DNA from: Eledone cirrhosa
Lineage: Eukaryota
Direction: 5' to 3'
DNA length: 64,000 bases
Assembly: GCA_964016885.1 (NCBI GenBank)
Contig: OZ024745.1
Coordinates: 46,624,001-46,688,000 of the forward strand
The translations under genes were made by a program, and so were the position numbers. Below are positions 24,397 through 36,549 of the stretch, piece by piece. The notes below the pieces were generated by a model, which saw only the letters and a program-made list of their open reading frames with translations, was not told where the DNA came from and made no database searches. Within the stretch, counting starts at the first letter, position 1. Each line of letters begins with the position of its first letter.

Positions 24397-25894
24397 ACAT
24401 TAAAAGGTGATGATGGTGATGATGTATATATATATATATACAAACACATACACATGTACACACATACATATCTACACACACATACACATATATATGCATA
24501 GCTTTTTTTTTGTATTTGTTTTATATTACTAAGTAATCAAAACAACATGTGAGAAATATCTGGGGGTTGTATGTAATTCTTTCTCTTTCTTTCTAATAAC
24601 AAACACACACACATGCACAGACAGAGTCACAAACACATATGTACATGCAAACATAATCAAAGTTGGCCGGCTTTAATTTATATCTACTTTAACAATAACT
24701 GTGACCTGGTTTCAATTCCTAGATGGAACAAACAGCACTAAAAAAATCCTTTATCATTAATTTATATCCTGTACAACATGAAATCGCATGAGCAAGACAT
24801 TCTTGAAAAGTTCAAAGCTGTACAATGATTGCATCACATTAAAAGTTAAAGTCATTACTTTAGTTTGCTGCAAATTTTCACAACAATCTGTTCACTAGAT
24901 CATTATAGGATGTTAAGAGTTAAGCTATTCTCATTAGGCTAGTGCTTATCCTGGGTTTTGTGGCGTTAAGTGAGTAAGAGAACAAGACTACCCATTGGAC
25001 AGGACACCTGTCCATCACAGAGTTAAACCCCCAGCTATTGCTGGTACTCCTTTTCAGCTGAATACACAGAAGCTTTCGCTAAGGCTTTCAGTGCTCATAC
25101 AATTGTGAACATACATGAATACCTTCTTGAACCTCCCTCTCTTGGTCTAGCAGAACATCTAATATGACAAGAGGGCTCACCAATATTTCTTTATCGGTCA
25201 CAAAAGGATGAAAGGCAAAGTGGGTCTTGGCAGGATTTGAAGACTCAGAATGCAGAAACTGGGAACAAATATCTAACTCTTTAATGGCTCTTGCCTTAAT
25301 GAAGTGTTTTGCTCAAGAACACAACAAAAACCCCAGTCCAGGAATCGAACCCATGATATTATGATCATAAGTCCTACACCCTGACCACTAGGCCACACTC
25401 CTCCATGATCTATTTATTTACTCTCTCCCAAATGGAAACCCAGCCAGTGCACATCCTCATACATTTACTTAGTGATTCTTCCATCACTATTTTGGCAAGT
25501 ATAGAGAAACTTATGCTTTGCTGATGAGGTTATAATACTAAAATATGTCAATATGTCAAAAGTTGTCTCTCATACTTGTCAAAATGATTAAAACAATATA
25601 AGTTATTAGAATTAGATCAATAAAACTTTAGTGATTAATCCTTTTGAAACCATATTTAGTTACTTTTGAAAGAAATCAAGACAAGAACTTGGAGGGATTT
25701 GGTAAATTAACTAATTTCTCCATTATTAAGCTACTGTTTGAAACATAACTTAATAAAACTTCTTACACAAAGTTTTGACAGAGGGTTAACACTTAAATAT
25801 AAACACTTTAAAACACTTAAATATAAACACTTTTGTATTATAGAACCAGGGATGGTTTCAGGTAGGTTAGTATGAAAAAGGTCAAAGTAATTAC

Positions 25895-26164
25895 CTGTAT
25901 ATCATGATTCAAACTGTTGACAACATTTATTATCATGGTAATGTGTTCCTTAAGCATCAATTTAGCTGGCTGCACTTTTGCATTAGAACCGTCTCTTAAT
26001 TCTTGGAGGATTTCTTCCTTAATTTTCAAAGCATGATTAATCAGAACTTCTGACATTCGCTCCTGCTGCTGAAAATGACTTTCAGTTGCATCAAGATGGG
26101 GACTTGTTTGATAAGGTAACTCATGAGTTTGGTCAATTGGAGGTAGTAGTGATGGTGTATTCAT
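25895..26164 (-). CDS. FAM81: FAM81-family coiled-coil protein, first coding exon (90 codons)
   Basis: Acceptor ttgttattcag|G ATG (ATG 26164-26162), donor CAG|gtaatt at 25895/25894. Translation ends ...LMLKEHITMIINVVNSLNHDIQ, resembling the FAM81A/B 'LLEEHIRxITxIVKxLNxDI' segment as I recall it. Phase 0 joins the next exon. Confidence 0.85.
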
Positions 26165-27448
26165 CCTGAATAACAAATATATTTAAGATAACTTGAATTT
26201 CGTGTTCAGCAAAGATAACAGAATTTGGTGTTCAGCAAAGGAAAACAAAACTAGATTTTCATTTGTTGTTATTCAAAATAGCCAAGAAATTATCCTTGGT
26301 TCTATGATACAAAATTGTTTGATTTAAAGAGTTAGCAATTGTGACAATCTGTAGCTTTTACAGCATTAGATTTGACACAGTATTCTTAGAGTTGGTACAG
26401 CTATTTATTAACAGCCATAATGCTTGATAAAATTTCATGCTGGATAAATACTATTTATGAAAATTTATAAGATAGCTTTTCCTCACATACTGGTTGCTCT
26501 CCTAGTCTATACACAAAGGGGGATAAGCAGGATTACTAAAAGATTACAAGAAAAATTACTGAAAAGGCACAAAAAGACAAGCTACAAGCTTAAAGTTAAC
26601 TTTTGGTGGTTGTTGTTGTTGTTAGGTCTGCTTTAATTAGATCAATTCTGATCAAGCAGTTCCAGTCATGACTATGTATGTAGTGATCCTATATTAGCTT
26701 TGCTCTGTCCCGGTTCTATCTATTTTTTCTTACTCATTCTGTTGTTTCTCAATCTAATCCTTTCTCACCAAAGCCACATTCATCTTGAACGCCCTTTCTC
26801 CCTCAATTTTCTTTTCAAACACTCATATTAAACATATACTATATTAACATAACCTGGTTAAAAGAATACCTTTCTTCAACTCCAAGAAGGCTTCAAAAAG
26901 AGCTATCAATTCTGTTGACAACAAAAGGTTTCTCTCAATGAAAGAAAGGCCAGCTGTATGATGACTGTGCACAGTACAATGTTTCATGCTAGTGAGACAT
27001 GGGCAATGGCATAAATATTGAAGCATTCTGTTTTTTATGCTTCTGTAGATTGGTTTCTGACTTAGACACAAGGCCAGAAAATTTGGGGGAGGGGAAAGTC
27101 GATTAAATCGACGCTAGTGCATTACTGGTACTTTATTTTATCTACCCCGTAAGGACGAAAGGCAAAGCTAACCCTGGTGAGATTTTAACTCAGAACATAA
27201 AGGGCCGTAAAGCATATTGTCTGATACTCTACTGATACTGCCAATCTACAGCCTTGATGCTTCTATAGATTTATATCTAAATAACAAATCTATAATTTAA
27301 CATGATATATATAGTGACTCACAAATACATGTGCAACCAGGCTCACAATTTCACTGGTAAACAGTCAACTAATTTGCAGATTAATAATGAAACTGTTAAA
27401 GGTAATAAGTCACAAAAATCATTTAAATTAGTTTTCATTAGTTACAAC

Positions 27449-27640
27449 CAGAGTTAAATTAAGTCCTTTTGAGACCCCAAGCACTTAAAAAATGTTGTTC
27501 CCCCAACCCCCATATATAAAGTCTGTAAAAAGAAAATTCTTTTTGGAATGTCAAATATATTAATTGGAATAAAATGGTGCCCCTTTTCTGTTGATGTCCT
27601 AAGCATATGCTTATTTTGCCTAAAGATTAATCCAGCCCTG
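27449..27640. mobile_element. hAT-type MITE, old
   Basis: Right TIR TTAATCCAGCCCTG, degenerate left TIR CAGAGTTAAATTAA, imperfect 8-bp TSD GTTACAAC/TTTACCAC. Confidence 0.5.
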
Positions 27641-28443
27641 TTTACCACTATAGTATAATCAAATTTATTACCTATAAATATGTCACTATTTCATGCATCT
27701 AATAAACATTCCTTATTAAGGCATAAGGCCAACAATTAGGTGAAGGAGAAAGTCGATTAAATTCACTCCAGAATTTTCCTTGCACCTAACTTCTATGTAG
27801 TTGAATATCTTTCAAATCATACCCTAACATTTAAAAAATAAAGACATTAGATAATGTAATCCTGAATATATTAAGCATGAGAAAATGAAGGGGTGACCAT
27901 GGCTGTTATGATCTTCATCATATATTTGTTTGATCAGAGCTGACTTGTAGCTAAACAACAAAAATAAAGAGATCTATCCACATAAACCATATAACCCAAA
28001 TATTTCTTACTGAACCTGTGCATGGTCTATGAACAGAGACCTAAACAAAGTGTTATGTAAAGTGAGTAAATAAGAATTCATCATCATCATCGTTTAATGT
28101 CCATCTTCCATGCTAGCATTGGTTGAGCAGTAATCCTTTTGTTACAATAAAGAATTTGGAATGTTTTACTAAAATTATTAATCATTTCATTGTTATGATA
28201 TTATTTGGTGTTCCTATATCAAATTGTGTTGGAAACTTTAATCTAAAAAGAAACCTATTAAAATGTGTGATTTTGTTTCATAGAACCAGAAACCGTTTTG
28301 GGCAGGTTGATATCAAAAGGGTTAAAGTAAAAAATAAATGTTAGGAAGAATGAAGACATGTGTATGAGTATGTATGATTGCTGTTATTGTTGCTGTTTGG
28401 AATGGTGAAAAGTTCAAAAGTCATTATTTGCATTAGGAAATTA

Positions 28444-28630
28444 GGGCGGTGGATTGGCAATATCGGTAGAGGGTCGGACGCCATGCTTTCCAACATAGTT
28501 ACGTCCCTTTACGATCTGAGTTCAAATCCCGCCGAGGTTGACTTTGCCTTTCATCCTTACGGGGTCGATAAAATAAAGTACCAGTAATGCACTGGGTAAT
28601 TGCTGACCTTGTGCCTAAAGTAGAAACAAT
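28444..28630 (+). mobile_element. Young SINE, full length, 12-bp TSD
   Basis: TSD GCATTAGGAAAT at 28430-28441 and 28636-28647. Confidence 0.9.
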
Positions 28631-29287
28631 TCTTGGCATTAGGAAATGAGAATATGTTTCAACATGTTTCTATTTCTAAAGCAAGTTTATACAAATACTT
28701 TTCACAACCATATCATAGGTTTTGTAAGATGCATAACGCTGAACTCAAGTATGTTAATTTTACAACAACATGAGCTCATGACAAATACTTCTCTAACCCA
28801 ACAAATTCTAGATAACTTTTCTTCATATTTTTAAAAACTATAACTTCATATTTTATATCTTCTGCTTTATTATATAAAATGGCAGCTCACCACCACAGTT
28901 CTAAATTTCTTACTATTCACACAACTGAAACTTCATTGAAGTTTCATGAATTTCTATTAAATTACATTATACTTATGAAACAGATAGTAAAGCTACTTGT
29001 CTGACTTTTCCATCAGGTCATTTGTTAGATTAATTATCAAGGATTTATGCACAAACATTACAAAAGAATAAATGAGATGCACTCATCTCTTTTGTGATTT
29101 CAGTTATTCAAAATTTTCAAAAACCAAATTGTCATTACTATAGTCTAGAGAATCTAGGAAAATTTTAAACAGCCTAATACTGCAAGCATGTCATTTATAA
29201 GATTAAAAAAAAAAAAGAAATCACATGATGACAGACTTCTATTTATGTTTCACCACCATAGTGTCAAGTGAATTGTCAAATTATATG

Positions 29288-29347
<60 letters not shown>

Positions 29348-30409
29348 AGTTGTAGTGTATGCAGGAGTGTCGATCACTCTATATGTTAACTGCACTATGC
29401 ACACACACACACACACACACACACGTTTATTTCAATGCGGATACACAGTTAGCTGTAAACAAAAATGAAAAAAATAATGTGATATGTGTGTGTGTGTGGT
29501 AGTAGTAGTAGTAGTAGTAAAGTGAATTACTTTCTCTTAACTGCACCATGCACCCTCACTCACACACTCACATGCTCATTTAAATGCATATATACAGCTA
29601 TATGCATGCAAATATTTAAAAAAAAAAAAATTGTTATGTGAGATATTCCAGGTTAGGTAGGCATTGATTAGAGTTCTTTGCTTTTCTATTATTTGTTTGA
29701 TTTTATTGCTGAAACCATAATAATGATTTCTAATTTAGGTATGAGGCCAGCAATTTATGGGGAGGAGAAAGTTGATTATATCAACGCCAGTATGTTACTG
29801 GTATATTATTTTATTGACCTCACAAAAAGATGAAAGGCAAAGTTGACCTCAGAGGGATCTTAAATCGGAACATAGAGATCAGCAACAAAACACTGCCATG
29901 TATTTCATCTGACACTTTAACGGTTTTGTTAATCCACCGACCTCCTGAAACCATGATAATGAAATTTAGGAATAGTTCAGACTGTGAGAAATATTATATA
30001 GGTTACCTACTTCTCATTGCAGAAAAGTAACAACATCAACAACAGTAGATAGAACTTTCTGGATATCTTATGTCATAATATATTACCATGTGGTATCTTT
30101 AAAAGATACATATTTACACATACATACATACATATATATATGACCTTGGAATCTAGCTGAAGCTATCATTTTAGTTTATTTACACACACACACACATACA
30201 GATACATGCATATATATATATATATACTCCATTTATGTTATGTTGTTTACCAATGGGTAGAACTGGTGATTCCGGTTAGTAAATGAGGCAATAAATTAAA
30301 GCACTCAACGTTATGCAAATCACAGACTGAATCAATACTCAAGTGAGGATATTGACTTTTTAGATTGACTGAGGACCTGCATCTCACTTATATATGATCC
30401 TCCACACTC

Positions 30410-30895
30410 AACTAAATGCATTTTATTGTCATACCACACTAGAGAGGATGTTATGTCTTTGACACAGCTGAAGGAGTCTTCTTCACTTTTTTTTTTTGCA
30501 CGTTGTCTATGGCTGGATGCCCTTTCTTTCATCAACAAATTTACAGAATGCATTCTATTGTGACACTAGCACTAGGGAGACTGTCATGTCTTTGGCACAA
30601 CTGAAGGAGTCTCCCAAACCTTTGTTTGGCAAGCTTTCTGAGGTTGACTGGCCTTCTTATCACCAACTACTTTACAGTGTATACTGCGTGCATTTATTGT
30701 GCAGTTCATCAACACAAGAGAAGTTGTCATGCTGTTGACACAGCTGAAAAGTCCACTCAACTCTTGAATATATAGTCGCTACAGCAGGGTGCCCTTCCTA
30801 TTATGAACCAACTAACAGGGTGTACTAGATGCATTTTTGTGGCACCAGTACCAGAGAGGTAATCAGTTTATGTCCCAACTGAAGAGTTCTCTCTC
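30410..30895. repeat. Degenerate tandem array, about 4 units of roughly 135 bp
   Basis: Recurring TGCATTT...CACTAGAGAG...GTCATGTCTTTGACACAGCTGAA(G/A)(G/A)AGTC; a single unit also occurs at about 17075-17225. Confidence 0.7.
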
Positions 30896-30973
30896 TGCTC
30901 TGTGGGTGCAAATGATGGTGAGAATAAGGTAGTAGTATGGGGGGGGGGTACTCACTAGCATATGCATAGGGTG

Positions 30974-31030
<57 letters not shown>

Positions 31031-31457
31031 GAATAAAAAAATGGGCAAAGGCAGGAATATAAGCGAATACAGACAGTCCCATCTCACCAGTTGACCACTA
31101 AAGATACAACTGGCTCTAGAACACAAGGGACACTAACAAATGGACAAAGGACAAGAAGATAGTCTTAACGACTATTTACAAATAAGAGAAAATTTGCCAC
31201 TAACTCATAATCTGCAACTGACAAGATATTGATTAGACAAGAAGAAAAAGAAGAGATAGAGAATATGCAAACGTTAATAAAGTTATTTTTGGTTTGTTTG
31301 GATGTTAAGTCCTAAAAAGACAGACACAAGTAGAGAGGAAGAGAGAGAAAGTGAAGAAAGATAGACAAATGTGGAGGTATAAGATAAAACGTATCAATTT
31401 ACGTTTATATGTGTGTCTATATATGCTTGATTGCTTATGACTTCATGGACATTTTAA

Positions 31458-31923
31458 TCTTTAGATACCATATTTTTAATGAAATGCACCAACTATGTTT
31501 TTCACTTAATTTTGTAAATAATCAACAACTTGAAGGGATTTAGGAAAATAACTAATCATATTATCAAGCTGACATTTAGTATACAATTTAATAAATATAT
31601 TCTTCTATAATATTATTTTTTATTTAACCCTTTAGCATTTAAATCGGCTGTATCCGGCTAGAATTCTCTCAACTCTTTCTGTTCAAACTGGCTGTAACTG
31701 GCCACTCATACTGATAAGGTATTTTTCTCAAAATAAATAATATCAAAATCTCATAGAATTGATATTATGTGAGATAATTATGTGAAGTAAAGCCTTTACC
31801 AAGAAAATACAATAGTAAATATAGAGTAATGTAAATGCTAAAGGGTTAAATAGAAATACTTTAAAATGAGAGGATCATCGTCATAAGATTGGAGCAGTTT
31901 TGAGTGGGTTGGTATCAAAAGGG
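31458..31923. mobile_element. Abundant TTAA-flanked MITE family (host of the nested element); other copies near 2335-2607, 11995-12240, 22980-23230, 23283-23505, 25640-25885, 28130-28325, 34830-35065, 41146-41343, 52770-52955, 53878-54060
   Basis: Ends resemble TTAA-CCCTTTTG(T/A)TACC ... GGTATCAAAAGGG-TTAA; shared internal motifs TTTTGAAAATAAT and TGTTTGGAACATAA. Confidence 0.7.
31628..31845. mobile_element. piggyBac-type MITE, 14-bp perfect TIRs, TTAA TSD
   Basis: TTAA|CCCTTTAGCATTTA ... TAAATGCTAAAGGG|TTAA. Confidence 0.85.
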
Positions 31924-32689
31924 TCAAATCTTTACTGAAAGCATGATATATACAACCAAATCATATTTGATTGTGAGTGATGGCTGTAGTTTTTCTTTAT
32001 ATCCTTATATGATGATTCTACAAAATATAACCACTTAAAAACCAACAAGTATCAGATTCACATCGATCTTAAATATGACATAAATGTTTACAAACTATCA
32101 AAAGTAAAGAGTTTTACATGCATACATAATAATGCCTTCTCTAGTTTCAAAATGAAATGTCAAAACAAGCTACTGAGATAATACTGTGTGTTATGTTAGT
32201 CCATTCCATATTGCTATTGTCCTCCCACTTCCTAACTCTGTAAACATTAAATAAAATATTATATTCATCATTTCGATTCAAAGAAACAGAAATGAGATCT
32301 GTTTACAACTTGGATTTACAAAAGTATCACATATCTTTCCATTGGTTTCTTTATTTCATATTGTATTATATTTGTAAACATATGTATGAATGTACATATG
32401 TTCACATACACACACACGCGCATATATTCATATATGTATGTATGGGTGTATACAAACATACATACATGTCTGATGATCCTGTGAGTGTGCAGGTGAAACT
32501 ACAGAGTAGCCATAATAAATGAATATTTAAACTCTACTTCAGTATTGAGTATTCATTCTCACGTCTCACACACAGATGTACCTGGTGAATATTGGATAGA
32601 AAGCATGGTAGTATTCATTCCAGCCTTCTGCACTCGCAATTCAAACTATTTTCACAATGTGGACACCAGGATAGGCAGCAAAGGGAGCT

Positions 32690-33090
32690 CTCAACTCCTT
32701 ATCAAAGGTATAAGTGTCTCCGATCTAGAAAAACCATGAAAATGCGGCTATTTAAAGCAACAGTTGAGTCCATTCTCTTTTATGGATGTGGGCACTAACA
32801 AAAACAAAACTTCACAAAGAGGATTAATGGCACATTCAAGCAACTGCTGAAAAAGGCCCAGAATATATCCTGGAGAACACACATAGTGAATAAATCACTC
32901 TATAGCTCACAACATTCGCCTTTCTGACATTATCAACTATCTCTGTTACTTTTAAGAAGTGACCCTCATCTCACTTCTCAGGTCTCTGCAGGGATGATTG
33001 CTTGGCAATCTCATACAATATCAATGATCTGGCTATGGATAGATTTAGAAAACACCTAACATGCATATTCAATAAGTAGGCCTGAAGAGG
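32690..33090 (+). mobile_element. Decayed RTE-like LINE fragment, different family
   Basis: MKMRLFKATVESILFYGC...RINGTFKQLLKKAQNISWRTHIVNKSLY resembles the RTE-type ORF C-terminal region. Confidence 0.65.
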
Positions 33091-33224
33091 TGTCAGTGAG
33101 AAGTAAGCTTATATAGAGAATTCTCTACCTACTCTACATCAAGGGAGAGCCACGAATCAGTATGTAATGTGGTTTAACGCCCACCCCCAAGACGTCACTA
33201 CAAGTATTGCTAGAAACTTCGATC

Positions 33225-34075
33225 CGTGGCTCAATTCGGTGCCCTCCTCATCAACCAGTACCCTACTTGATGAGTGCACTTGCATTGGAGTAGCCCAACG
33301 CCTTGGCCTCCACGTGTGTGAGCCACATAAATGCTACGGCAGGGCGCTTGTTGACAAGTTCGGCCTTGCCGCCAGAGTGCAGGCCAGTTCCCCCGACACG
33401 CCGTTCTCAACGACATATTGAAGAAGAAGCCTGGACGCTGCTGGCTCTCCATGTCAACTGGAGCCAGCAGGCCTAGACCGCGGAGATGACAAGCGCCCCG
33501 ACGGAATCCCTCTCTTCCCATTCGAAGGAGGTAGATCTCTCATCTGGGACACCTGCTGCGACACGGTCTCCACCTCCAACTTAGACGCGTCGGCCACAAA
33601 CCCCGGCCTCGCAGAAGAATATAAAATAAACAAATTACGGAGTTCGTCCGGTCGCTTCTTCTTCGCAACGGTCGCCGTCGAGACCTCAGCCGTACTTGGA
33701 CCCCGTACTGCTGAGCTCCTCCGCAAGATCAGAGCGTCGGCGGCCCATCTGAGGAGGGACCCCTGCGAGGTTGGGTGGCTGTTACAGCGGGTGTCACTGG
33801 CCATCGTTCGGGGGAATGCTTTTGCCATCTTGTCAGCAGGGCACAACACTCCTGCCCTCTTGCTCTAGGCCAAAGCCCAATCTCCCTCTCTCTTCACCCC
33901 TCCCCTCTCTTCTGCGATACCAGAGCTCTTGTCACCCCCCGTTTTTTTCTTTCTTTCTCTCTTTTCCCCCCTATATTTCCCTATTCTTTCTTTCCTTTTG
34001 TTTCCCCTTTTAAACATTTTTTCTTGCTAAATTTTATTTTAAAAATAAACATCTATTTGTTATACATAATATAGT
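33225..34075 (+). mobile_element. CRE-clade non-LTR retrotransposon 3' fragment (Cys/His knuckle and restriction-like endonuclease)
   Basis: With frameshifts reads WLNSVPSSSTSTLLD...IGVAQRLGLHVCEPHKC...RHAVLNDIL...EPAGLDRGDDKRPDG...LIWD...CDT...VAVETSAVLG...WLLQRVSLAIVRGNAFAIL, stop at 33866-33868; then a pyrimidine-rich UTR and AATAAA near 34045. Confidence 0.85.
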
Positions 34076-34558
34076 TATCTAAATGAACCAACATATGCAG
34101 ATCGGCCCGTGAAAGGAAATTGTAAGTGATCGTTCACCTTGTTAGAAATAGCAGCAAATTTCCCTCAAATCCCACACAACCGATTTATAAAAAGACCATG
34201 AAGATCAGAGATTAAACATTTTACAATTCTAACACCTCCAAAGGATTGTCTCCATACATTCCTTGTCCAACTCTCGAAATTATTATCACCAGCGGAACTG
34301 GATTAAGCATTTAAAAAACAAAAAAAAAAAACACGTGTAGGGCACCAAGGGAAGCAAGGCAGCATTTTATTCAAATTAAAATGTATTAGTTATTCCATTT
34401 TTTTTTCTGTACAAACTTTATATATTGTAATCTTTTAACTGCTCAGTGCCTCAAAAGATGACATTCGATTTCAGGCAGTATGCAAATTCGCGGAAACTGG
34501 GAATGAAGATTACGAAATGGGAATAAACATATTACAATGATCTCTGTGAAACAATAAT

Positions 34559-34708
34559 TGTTTCTTCTTTTGGCACAAGGCCAGCAATTATCCAGTGCAT
34601 TACTGGTACTTTATTTTATCGACCCCGTAAGGATGAAAGGCAAAGTCAACCTCGGCGGGATTTGAACTCAGACCGTAAAGGGACGTAACTATGCTGGAAA
34701 GCATGGCG
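34559..34708 (-). mobile_element. Young SINE, 5'-truncated, 14-bp TSD
   Basis: TSD TGTGAAACAATAAT at 34545-34558 and 34709-34722; the A-box end is missing. Confidence 0.9.
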
Positions 34709-35459
34709 TGTGAAACAATAATGGCACTCAGGTAACTAAAATAATACAGAACGTCCGGTTGGATTTGAATGAACTAAAATTAAGGAATTTGATAAATCAA
34801 TTATTGAAATTTTGGGAATGTTTGACGCATTAAACCCTTTTTATGCCAATCCACCTAAAACCGCCTAAAATTGTTTATTTTAAAGTGTTGATATTTATTT
34901 ATCTATAAAACCGTTCATCATAGTTTTATGTGAAAATCGTTGATAACCTATGTTCCAAGCACTAGATTATTAACAAGATAACTCCTTAAAATACCTGATT
35001 ATTTTCAAAACGATTTGAAAATCATAAGCAGTGTCTCTCATTAGAAATATAGTAAGGAAAGGTAATGACTGATAAAAGAATGGTGGTGGTGAGTATTATT
35101 GTTACTGCATGTAAGAAGAAATAGTAATGATGTCACACTTTACACATGGATAACGAGGAACAGAATAGGAAAGACAACCATGAGGATTTTGTCATATTTA
35201 TTTATAGAAAACTGTACTAGAAATCCAGTCCCATAAACCTGGTTAAGAACTTCAGATGTAGATGCTTCCTCGTTCTGAGCGTATTGATTTGTCTATACTG
35301 TAAACAATGAACAATGTGTAGATTATCTTATCTGATGTTAAGCTGCACTGAAAGACAGAGGCAGAGCCATGCAGGTGTGAGAGGACAGTCACCCCCACCC
35401 CACACAGCCACCCACCGGGATGTAAGTATCAAGAGACACAACATTTCTTTTGGTCTATC

Positions 35460-36480
35460 ATGCGTTTTAAGGTGGGCGTGCAAAAGTGCCCCCGGGCGCT
35501 GATAGCCCCTTCTTCGCTGAAAGATTAATATATTGATTCTGTAAAAGCAATTGGCGAAAAACAAAAGTCGGTAAAAGATAGAAGAAGAAAAACAAGGAGC
35601 GATTGATTACCTTGAATTTTGTCATATGTCAACTGGTTGACCCTAAGAAAATGATAAAAATGCGACTGAGAACGTTTCCAAGACAATACATGCCTATTTT
35701 TGTAAACAAAACAACTAGCGCCTCCTAACAGCGATAAACTAGTTAAAGAACAGAAAGCTAAAAGTTTGTGATGGAAGTGGGTGTGTTGACTCGCTTGTCG
35801 ATTTGAAATCCGCCAATTTGCTTCGGTTATTCTCGCTAATTCACGTAATAGCAAACGGTTTTTAACGGAAACAACCGAATGTGTATTAGTCTTAAAGCGG
35901 TCCCGCCTTGATTCAACTGATGAACTTGACAGCAGTCCTTACAGGTGGTTATCTGGTTGCCAATTCCCTCCGTACACTGTCTTCCAAATTACAGTAGTTG
36001 ATCAGGATAATGTTATAAACGTGGTTTCCGCAGGAATAACCAAGAAAAAGAAATGAGAGTGAGTGATTACAAAATGCTATAAATACAAAAATCCTATAAT
36101 TGTGGGGTTGAAAAAAAAGCGGCGAAAATAATGTCAAAAGATATCTGATAAATTTTATGTACACAATTGTATCTGCATATAAATAAGAATTGTATCATTT
36201 CGGCTGGCAATTTTAAACCAAAGAAAAGGGAAATATATACTGTCTGTATTCTGCAGTCAGCCCTTAGTTTCCTTGAAGTGAAAAAGAGAAAGAATTCTCA
36301 TTTCTTTTAGTGCACTTGTTCCCGGTTTCGATTCTAGAGAGCCAGCCATGTTGCGCACCCGATGAAGGGAATCGAGCTTTGACGCCGTTAAGCTGACAGC
36401 GACCTTGCTTTTGATATATACATACATTATATGTATATGTTTTGTTATCTTTAATTCTATCTAAACGTTTTACGAACCAA
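35460..36480. promoter_or_regulatory. Putative bidirectional promoter and 5' UTR region
   Basis: Repeat-poor stretch with visibly more CpG than its flanks. Minus-strand donor AAG|gtaatc at 35611/35610 could end a non-coding FAM81 exon 1. Forkhead-like TGTAAACAAA at 35701, YY1-like GCCATGTT near 36346. Confidence 0.45.
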
Positions 36481-36482
36481 AA

Positions 36483-36549
36483 ATGTCTGTGTCAAGCGAG
36501 TTAGATGTGGAAAACTTGGGAGGACAAATACCTCAGCCACACTACAGAA
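36483..36549 (+). CDS. Candidate first coding exon of an unidentified plus-strand gene (MSVSSELDVENLGGQIPQPHYR, phase 1)
   Basis: A-rich Kozak-like context ccaaaaATG, 22 open codons, consensus donor A|gtaagt, directly downstream of the CpG-retaining zone. No homology recognised. Confidence 0.5.

Noticed and set aside
24092-24499. ORFs rich in YI/HT/CV repeats (also at 179-476, 1267-1489, 14595, 22411, 29268, 30825, 38174, 38660)
   Set aside because: Translations of dinucleotide microsatellites.
33454-33849. 131-aa minus-strand ORF and neighbouring short ORFs
   Set aside because: Antisense or off-frame shadows of the GC-rich CRE fragment.
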